Below are positions 57,338 through 64,000 of a DNA stretch of 64,000 nucleotides, piece by piece. The position numbers and the translations under genes are program-made. Source of the stretch: Bacillota bacterium (GTDB taxonomy: Bacteria > Bacillota > DTU025); the NCBI GenBank assembly GCA_050951805.1, contig JBMNJT010000002.1, forward strand, positions 800,001 to 864,000, in the 5' to 3' direction. Position 1 is the stretch's first letter, and every line of letters begins with the position of its first letter. The notes beneath the pieces were generated by a model, which made no database searches, was not told the origin of the DNA, and worked only from the letters and a program-made list of their open reading frames with translations.

Positions 57338-58267
57338 GTGAAAAGACTATGCCTGGCACTTATCATTGTGCTCTTGCCGGCGCTGGCGGTGATGATGTGG
57401 TCAGCGCGCACGTCCGCGGCGCATTTCCCGGCAGGGGTGGGGCAGAGGCTTATCTGGGAAGCTGATGATCCAGAAGGCGATGATTATGGACCGGGAACAT
57501 ATGTTTATCCCACCAACCCGGCATTCGCCCCGTTCTCCGGATTATTCGACCTAATAGGGTTCAGGGTTTCCTGCGATGATGAGAATGTTTACTTCGACAC
57601 CAAACTGGCCAAGATTTCTAACACTTGGAACGCGCCCGAGGGCTTCAGTCATCAGCTCATCAATATATATATCGACACAACCTCTGGCGCTGGCCGAACC
57701 GATACTCTAAGGGAGGGAGCCTTCGTCTCTTTCGCGCCGGAGTATGCATGGGATGTGAATATCAAGATAATGGGGTGGGGCGGCAGCCGGGTATTCTTCG
57801 CATCTGATAATCCGGCATCGGCTGGTATCATCGAAGGATTGTCAGTTGAGGCTCTTCCCGATGGAAATACTATACGCGCCACCGTGTCGCGACAAGTGAT
57901 CGGAGAACCTCTTGACTCCTGGAAATACTACGTGCTCGTTTCTTCTCAGGATGGCTATGGGCTCGACAACTTCAGGCCGGTCATGGGGGAAGCGGGTCCG
58001 TGGGTTTTTGGTGGAGGTTCTGATCTCAACATCAACCCCAACGTAATAGACATGCTCGCCCCGGAGAGTGGTGTATATTCCCAAGAAAATCAACTAGGTT
58101 CATGGGATCTGTCTGAGCGTCGATACGCCAGGATTGTGCCGGCCAATGCCCAGCTGCACAGGAGGCACCTAACCGTCAGAACCATCATCCTCATTATCGC
58201 TGTGGGCGGCGCTGCGGCGCTGGCATACATCTACTTTAGGGGCAGGAGCAACGTTGGAAGGGGTTAA
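57338..58267 (+). CDS. Glucodextranase-type DOMON-like carbohydrate-binding protein, exported, with C-terminal TM anchor
   Basis: DPEGDDYGPGTYVYPT, FDL, NTWNAPEGFSHQ..IYID, SQDGYG; signal peptide and C-terminal hydrophobic helix plus basic tail. Confidence 0.88.
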   Translation: MKRLCLALIIVLLPALAVMMWSARTSAAHFPAGVGQRLIWEADDPEGDDYGPGTYVYPTNPAFAPFSGLFDLIGFRVSCDDENVYFDTKLAKISNTWNAPEGFSHQLINIYIDTTSGAGRTDTLREGAFVSFAPEYAWDVNIKIMGWGGSRVFFASDNPASAGIIEGLSVEALPDGNTIRATVSRQVIGEPLDSWKYYVLVSSQDGYGLDNFRPVMGEAGPWVFGGGSDLNINPNVIDMLAPESGVYSQENQLGSWDLSERRYARIVPANAQLHRRHLTVRTIILIIAVGGAAALAYIYFRGRSNVGRG

Positions 58268-58281
58268 GGGGGAGCACGCCT

Positions 58282-60813
58282 ATGTACGCTAAGTCTACTT
58301 CAAGGATCTGTGCATTCGCAATCGCCTTGTTTGTGCTGATGTTTGGTGTGCCTGCGCAGTCCAGTCTAGGCTGGCCGATCTGGGAATGGGACTGGGATAC
58401 GGAGCCGGCAGAACCTGGCGAACCGCATGTGCCTGCTGAGGCCATGCTCAGTGAGGAGGATCCCTCTGAGGATGACACAGAGCGGATCTTGGATGTTGTA
58501 TTTGCTTTTGGACTCATGGGGAACGTATCTCCTGACAGCGCCGGCCAAGCATCTGCGACCTGTGAAAGGTTGCTCGACGTCCTCCTTTCATATCCTGATA
58601 TGAGGTTTTCGGTTGGAATATCCGGGACGCTTCTGACAGGGTTGGCATGGGAAGGTAGTCGCGCAGTCCAGCTGTTGCGTGATGGGATCGGCAGAGGAGT
58701 CATAGAGCCGCTTGGCGCCACATATTCCGAGGGAGTCTTGGCATCCATGGAACCCTGGGATGCTCAGCTTGCGGTATCATTGGGGTCTGAGGCTGTAAGC
58801 AGCTTCCTGGGCGAAAAGCCCACCGGGTTTTGGAATCCTCAAGGAGTGTGGAGACAGGACGTGATTGTGCCTGTGGCCATCGGCGGATACACCCATACGA
58901 TATTGGAGGATACGATAGTCGAAGCCAGTGGACTTGGAATGCTGCCTCCAAATGCTCCAATGCGCGTCTCATGGGGCGGAAGGGAAGCAGTGCTCTTTCA
59001 GGCAGATACTGATTTCGGTCGGTTAGTTGACAATGCGATTCGCACCGGATCCACACGGCCGGTCATCGACTATCTTCAGCAACTTTATGAAGGGGACAAG
59101 CAGGACTCTGCGGTGGTGGTGTACGCCAAGGAGCTCATGGTGACTGAGGACAAGACTGAATGGGAAGGGCTCTCGCTTCTTCTCAGAGCCTTGGCGGATG
59201 AGGAATGGATCAGGGTGACTACATTGAGAGAAAGAGTGGAAGCTGGTCCTCCGCCAGGCAGCGTGATTCAGATAGCAGATGGGGTGCCCCGGGGATTTCA
59301 GAAGGCTCTGTCGGATGAGGGATTTTCGGATTGGGCGGCGTTCAATTCTTCTCGTAATCTTGAGGCGTTGCGCGTTCTCTATTCTGACATTAGAGCCAGA
59401 ATTCATTCTGTAGAAGCGGCTGTCAGAAAAGCTGAAGCATCCGGGAAAGACACGTCTTCGGCTCAAAGGCTGCTCGACGATGCAAAGATGGTCTTTATAT
59501 CATCCCAGTACGGGTTCGGTCGCCCTGGTTCTGCAGGGGCGGTTTCCGGGGATGCCAACTGGGAGATGGGCAGGGCCGCATACGTGTCAGCTCTCGCCGC
59601 GTGGCAATGCGTAAACCCCACAGTTTCAGCTTATCAAGAGGACATCAACCGCGATGGTGTAGAAGAGGTTATCATGATCACCGATACAGACATGTTCGTT
59701 CTCTCGCCCATAGGCGCAAAACTTTTATATTGGTATGATTTAGAGAACGGCGAGGAGCTTGTAGGAAGCGCGGTACAGCAGTATCTTGGGGAGATATTTG
59801 TTAACGAATCCATGGCTGGCGGCGGCCGTCAAAGAGCACTGGTTGATTCGATTTCAGGTCCTGCTGCGGTCGGGATTGATCTCTCTTCAGCCGAATTTGG
59901 TGTCGAGATAGGTGAGGATTCTCCCAGCGCGACGTTTGTTTTCAAGGATGGCGGCACCGCAATTGAAAAATCGGTGGCGGCAAAAGAAGGGGCTCTCGAA
60001 GTCGACTACACCGTCAGATCGCGTGGTCGCATCAGCTTTGCTGTATCGAATGGCTTATGCCCGGATGCGCATTGGACTAGGATAGGCGGTAAGGATTCCC
60101 TCGTTTACTATGATCCCAATGGAGCAGTGGCAAGTTCTCTTAGGCAGGGGAAGAGTTTTGGCCTGATGAACGTGGTTACCGGAACTGTCGTGAGACTCAC
60201 TGTCGGTGGTGATCGCGACGATGGTGTGCCCCTATCCCGGGTCTCTTCCACGTTGGACAGCTTTGTCAGACGTCTCGATCTTGAGTATAAATTCGCCATG
60301 GCGCCAGGTGCTTCTGCGAATTTCGGCTTTGAACTTCAGCGGAGCAAGGCATGGCCTTCTCCATCTGCGGTCCTTTGGATTCAGGAAGTAGACAATGAGA
60401 TAGTTGTCGGGCTTCCCACCTATACGAGGGCATGCGCGATTCGTCAGTTTGTCGACGGATATGTTACTGATACGCCAATGGTGGCTTTTTCCTCGACGCT
60501 CAAGAAGGCAAGGAAAGGGCAGGAGAAGTCAGCGTTGGAAGTTGGGGCGCCCTTGCCAAAAGGCAGATATGATCTGGTTGCAGTCTTGGTTACAGACAGA
60601 AAGGCTTTGATCGAGAATGCAGGTTCTTATGTCAGTGGCACGGGCAAGCACGAGTTCTTTCCCGAAGTGCGCGATTCTGTGGTGGAGATAACGCCTGGTT
60701 ATACCAGAGTCGGCGGGACAGTTGTGATGTGGGTTGCCATTGGCGTAGGTGCCGGAGTAGTGGTGGCGGGTGTAATAGTCTACCTTCGAAGACGCAAGGT
60801 TTCCGGCGCATAA
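58282..60813 (+). CDS. GH57-like (4-alpha-glucanotransferase/amylase architecture) exported protein with C-terminal TM anchor; catalytic residues appear lost
   Basis: ISGTLL, IEPLGATYSE, GFWNPQGVW, EDINRDGVEEV (DUF1926-like), C-terminal TM plus RRRK. Confidence 0.75.
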   Translation: MYAKSTSRICAFAIALFVLMFGVPAQSSLGWPIWEWDWDTEPAEPGEPHVPAEAMLSEEDPSEDDTERILDVVFAFGLMGNVSPDSAGQASATCERLLDVLLSYPDMRFSVGISGTLLTGLAWEGSRAVQLLRDGIGRGVIEPLGATYSEGVLASMEPWDAQLAVSLGSEAVSSFLGEKPTGFWNPQGVWRQDVIVPVAIGGYTHTILEDTIVEASGLGMLPPNAPMRVSWGGREAVLFQADTDFGRLVDNAIRTGSTRPVIDYLQQLYEGDKQDSAVVVYAKELMVTEDKTEWEGLSLLLRALADEEWIRVTTLRERVEAGPPPGSVIQIADGVPRGFQKALSDEGFSDWAAFNSSRNLEALRVLYSDIRARIHSVEAAVRKAEASGKDTSSAQRLLDDAKMVFISSQYGFGRPGSAGAVSGDANWEMGRAAYVSALAAWQCVNPTVSAYQEDINRDGVEEVIMITDTDMFVLSPIGAKLLYWYDLENGEELVGSAVQQYLGEIFVNESMAGGGRQRALVDSISGPAAVGIDLSSAEFGVEIGEDSPSATFVFKDGGTAIEKSVAAKEGALEVDYTVRSRGRISFAVSNGLCPDAHWTRIGGKDSLVYYDPNGAVASSLRQGKSFGLMNVVTGTVVRLTVGGDRDDGVPLSRVSSTLDSFVRRLDLEYKFAMAPGASANFGFELQRSKAWPSPSAVLWIQEVDNEIVVGLPTYTRACAIRQFVDGYVTDTPMVAFSSTLKKARKGQEKSALEVGAPLPKGRYDLVAVLVTDRKALIENAGSYVSGTGKHEFFPEVRDSVVEITPGYTRVGGTVVMWVAIGVGAGVVVAGVIVYLRRRKVSGA

Positions 60814-60833
60814 TTCATCCTTCATAGCCAATT

Positions 60834-60870
60834 ATAAGACTGCGGTTTGAAGTTCAGACCGCAGTCTTGT
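60834..60870 (+). terminator. Terminator stem-loop, target of the intron relic
   Basis: ataagactgcggtttgaa-g-ttcagaccgcagtcttgt. Confidence 0.75.
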
Positions 60871-60871
60871 G

Positions 60872-61265
60872 GTTCGCCGAACATGTTTTGCGAGCCGAAG
60901 TTGGCCTGTCAGGTGGGCAACCCTGTGCTGAGTGGAAAAGCCTGAAAGCGGGATAACCTGAGGGTTCGGGCGGACAGACTTAACAAGGGGAGCCCTATAT
61001 CATCCGGAACGCTACAAATCATAAACAAAGAGGGATGCAAGGACAGGAAGACATGGTGCATAGCGGCAGATGAGGCCGTGGTAGTTATTGATCCTAATGC
61101 TGATAGGAACGGGGGAGCCGGGCCTGTTCAGTAGAGCACCAAAGCCTGGCGGGGTAGATTCCCTTCGAGCTAGAGATGCCTCACAAAATACGAGGTCGGC
61201 ATCTTGCATCTCTTCAATGAAGCAAAGCGACCAAGGGTTGCCTACCTGGCGCCACCTTACTCGAT
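60872..61265 (+). mobile_element. Miniature ORF-less derivative of the 31218-33309 intron family
   Basis: Starts GTTCG; shares blocks such as ccgaagttggcctgtcaggtggg, ggaacgggggagccggg, gcggggtagatt, gaggtcggc.tcttgcatctcttc; ends cctggcgccacc.tactcgat. Confidence 0.9.
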
Positions 61266-61291
61266 CTATGTCCTTCAAAGAGGGGTGTTTT

Positions 61292-62488
61292 ATGCGTATA
61301 CTGATGTTTAGCTGGGAGTATCCGCCTCGTGTTATTGGGGGACTGGCCCGCCATGTATGTGAGCTTGCTCGCGCTATGGCGCGTTGCGCCGAGGTTCACG
61401 TAATCACGTGCAGTGCGGAAGGGGCGCAATCCATGGACCGCGATCGCGGAGTGTGGGTACACAGAGTTGATCCCGTAGGTCCCTGCACAGATGATTTTGT
61501 AACATGGGCAATGCAATTGTCCTATGGAATGCTTGCCCGGGCTGCGTGCCTTGTTTCCGAGGGCGGCGCGTTCGATATAGTGCACGCACACGACTGGATG
61601 ACGTCGTTTGCCGGTGTCGGCATGAAAAGAGCCTATGCCACGCCTCTCGTAGCCACGATTCATGCTACCGAGTGGGGAAGGAATGGCGGCCTTCATAACG
61701 CCACTCAACGACGGATATCCGACATAGAATGGTTCCTCTGTTATGAAGCGTGGCGAGTCATTGCATGTTCACGCCATATGCAGGCTGAACTTGCGGGCAT
61801 ATTCGGCATTCCCGCCGATAAACTGCGAATCATTCCTAACGGTGTTTATTCCGAGCAGTTTCAGGATGCTGATGCCGATATTGCGCGGCGGATGTATGGG
61901 CTTTCGGAAGAAGACAGCGTGATTCTCTTTGTCGGGCGGCTTGTGAATGAGAAGGGCGTTCAGGTATTGATCGAGGCCATGCCGAAGATCCTGAGCTACC
62001 AGCCTACTGCTGTGTTGGTCATTGCAGGTCAGGGTCCATGTGAGGGCGATCTTCGCGAGCTTGCGGCCAACATGGGGTTGGGCGGCAAGGTTAAAATGGT
62101 GGGTTTTGTCTCAGATGAGGCAAGGAATGCGTTGTACAGGCTTGCCAGGGTTGCTGTCGTGCCGAGCTTGTATGAGCCGTTCGGGATAACTGCTTTGGAG
62201 GCAATGGCAGCAAAAACACCTCTTGTCTCGTCTGATATCGGTGGCCTTTCTGAAATAGTCAGGCACGGCGAAAACGGATGGAAATGTTACGCCGGCAATG
62301 CGAACTCGCTTGCCGATGCGATTTTGCACGTGCTTTACAGTCCCGAGCTTGCCAGGCAAATGGCAGAGACGGCTTATAGAGACGTGCAGACTATCTATGA
62401 CTGGCGCGCCATAGCTGATCGTACCCTCAGGGTGTATGAAGAAGTGCTCAGAGAGGCCAGACATGCGGAGGAGGCCATGGTCAGGTGA
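61292..62488 (+). CDS. GT4 glycosyltransferase (glycogen-synthase-like)
   Basis: MRILMFSWEYPP..GGLARHV, HAHDW, FVGRLV.EKG, PSLYEPFGITALEAMA. Confidence 0.92.
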   Translation: MRILMFSWEYPPRVIGGLARHVCELARAMARCAEVHVITCSAEGAQSMDRDRGVWVHRVDPVGPCTDDFVTWAMQLSYGMLARAACLVSEGGAFDIVHAHDWMTSFAGVGMKRAYATPLVATIHATEWGRNGGLHNATQRRISDIEWFLCYEAWRVIACSRHMQAELAGIFGIPADKLRIIPNGVYSEQFQDADADIARRMYGLSEEDSVILFVGRLVNEKGVQVLIEAMPKILSYQPTAVLVIAGQGPCEGDLRELAANMGLGGKVKMVGFVSDEARNALYRLARVAVVPSLYEPFGITALEAMAAKTPLVSSDIGGLSEIVRHGENGWKCYAGNANSLADAILHVLYSPELARQMAETAYRDVQTIYDWRAIADRTLRVYEEVLREARHAEEAMVR

Positions 62489-64000
62489 AAGCTGTGATAA
62501 TGGCAGGAGGAAAAGGAACTAGGTTGAGGCCTTTGACGTGCAGCATGCCCAAGCCGATGGTTCCGGTTGTAAATAGGCCCATGATGGAGCACGTCGTGGA
62601 TCTACTTGTCGCCCATGATTTCCGAGATCTGGCATGTACCCTCTGTTACATGCCAGAGGCAATACAGGAACATTTTGGGGATGGGTCGTCTGTGGGGTGC
62701 ACAATGACCTATTCAGTAGAGAATACCCCTCTAGGCACTGCTGGAAGCGTGAGAGCTCTTGGGGATTTTCTCGACGATACTTTTTTGGTCATAAGTGGCG
62801 ATGCTCTCACTGACATCGATCTCACTTCCGCGGTTACCTTTCACCGAGAGAGGGGGGCGGCAGTTACCATCGTTTTGACACGGGTTGCAACTCCATTGGA
62901 GTATGGAGTCGTAATAGTGGACGGCGATGCGCGAATCACCAGGTTTCTTGAGAAACCGAGCTGGGGCGAGGTGTTCAGCGACACTGTAAACACCGGCATT
63001 TATGTTCTGGAACCTGAAATTATGCAGAGGGTGGACCCATCCTGCGAGTTTGATTTCAGCAAGAATCTTTTTCCGCTTCTACTTGCTGAAGGATATCCGA
63101 TGTATGGCTACATAGCTGATGGATACTGGTGCGATGTGGGCAACTTGGATCAGTATCGGAAGACGTCCCAGGATATCTTGGAAGGAAAGGTCCGAGTGAA
63201 GATCCCCGGAGACCTCGTCGATGAGGGAATCTGGGTTAGCGAGGGCGCTGAGATAGGGAACATCGCTGCCTTGCGTCCGCCTGTAGTGATAGGAGCGGGA
63301 GCAAAGATCGAAGCTGGCGCGGCAGTCGGGGAATACTCGGTTGTTGGGCCGTCTTGTATCATAACAGAAGGGGCATCTGTCCGAAGATCGATACTGTGGA
63401 CAGGTTGTTTCATCGGACAAAATGCGGAGGTGCATGGCGCAATCCTTGGAAGTAGGGTGAGCGCCAAAGCAGGTGTACTAATACAGGAAGGAGCGGTTAT
63501 AGGTTCCGGCTGCTCCATGGGTGAACGAGCACAAGTGCGCCCCGGCGTGAAGATATGGCCTGACAAGACATTAGATGGCGGCGCACAGATCAGCGCTAGC
63601 CTAGTGTGGGGAGCCTCCTGGTCGAAGCGCCTGTTTGGGCGTCTTGGTGTGACCGGACTTGCTAACATCGAGATCACTCCGGACTTTGCGGCCCGGCTAG
63701 GCGCTGCCTATGGCTCGTGTTTATCCAGCGGGGTAGTGGCGGTGTCCTGCGATGCTCATCCCGCGTCCGACATGATAAAGCGGGCATTGGCGTCAGGGAT
63801 CCTTTCCTCAGGCATCTCAGTGGCCGACTTAGGCTCAGGCTCAACCGCTGTTACCAGATATGCGGTTCCTGCTATTGGGGCTAGTGGGGGAGTGCATGTG
63901 CGCGTGTCTCCAACTGGCGGGAACGCGAGTCTCATAGAATTCCTGGATGCTAGCGGGATCAATATAGACAAGGCAACTGAAAGGAAAGTAGAAAATGCCT
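62485..64000 (+). CDS. Sugar-phosphate nucleotidyltransferase (mannose-1-P guanylyltransferase-like) fused to a phosphomannomutase-like domain; runs off the window
   Basis: GTG 62485: KAVIMAGGKGTRLRPLT..PKPMVP, PLGTAGSV, FLEKP, YWCDVG, hexapeptide repeats, then LFG..GVTGLAN. Confidence 0.92.
   Translation, partial: MKAVIMAGGKGTRLRPLTCSMPKPMVPVVNRPMMEHVVDLLVAHDFRDLACTLCYMPEAIQEHFGDGSSVGCTMTYSVENTPLGTAGSVRALGDFLDDTFLVISGDALTDIDLTSAVTFHRERGAAVTIVLTRVATPLEYGVVIVDGDARITRFLEKPSWGEVFSDTVNTGIYVLEPEIMQRVDPSCEFDFSKNLFPLLLAEGYPMYGYIADGYWCDVGNLDQYRKTSQDILEGKVRVKIPGDLVDEGIWVSEGAEIGNIAALRPPVVIGAGAKIEAGAAVGEYSVVGPSCIITEGASVRRSILWTGCFIGQNAEVHGAILGSRVSAKAGVLIQEGAVIGSGCSMGERAQVRPGVKIWPDKTLDGGAQISASLVWGASWSKRLFGRLGVTGLANIEITPDFAARLGAAYGSCLSSGVVAVSCDAHPASDMIKRALASGILSSGISVADLGSGSTAVTRYAVPAIGASGGVHVRVSPTGGNASLIEFLDASGINIDKATERKVENA

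Noticed and set aside
61088-61291. N-terminal extension of the GT4 ORF
   Set aside because: It is open frame running through the intron relic; the family start MRILM with an RBS is at 61292.
1-64000. CRISPR arrays, tRNA or rRNA genes
   Set aside because: No regularly spaced direct repeats, cloverleaf-like sequences or rRNA-like tracts were seen by eye.

Overview
Chromosomal window from a Bacillota (Firmicutes)-type bacterium. It carries endospore genes (two sleB-like genes, ypeB, cwlD-GerMN, coat F-like genes) together with outer-membrane-type proteins (a porin-like beta-barrel, alpha-2-macroglobulin), which suggests a diderm spore former such as Limnochordia (inference). Most genes are housekeeping: hspR-dnaK, a CDF metal exporter with a NiCo riboswitch, pepF, pepT, pullulanase, ychF-like, murA, amrA/amrS, argF, ABC transporters and an alpha-glucan/sugar cluster. 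The best candidate for an undescribed system is a three-gene unit at 13778-15986. It consists of a conserved hypothetical protein, an unannotated 30-aa pre-peptide (signal peptide plus predicted mature DTFLMK) and a multi-TM HD-GYP phosphodiesterase, a putative peptide-to-c-di-GMP signalling module. The intergenic gaps hold one intact IIC-like group II intron and several heavily internally deleted relics: an IscB/omegaRNA element, two group II intron remnants, a transposase fragment and a MATE fragment. Other oddities are a predicted catalytically dead surface GH57, a Cys-to-Asp MurA and an A2M operon with AMMECR1 and VanW partners. All calls come from reading motifs by eye; no database searches were run.
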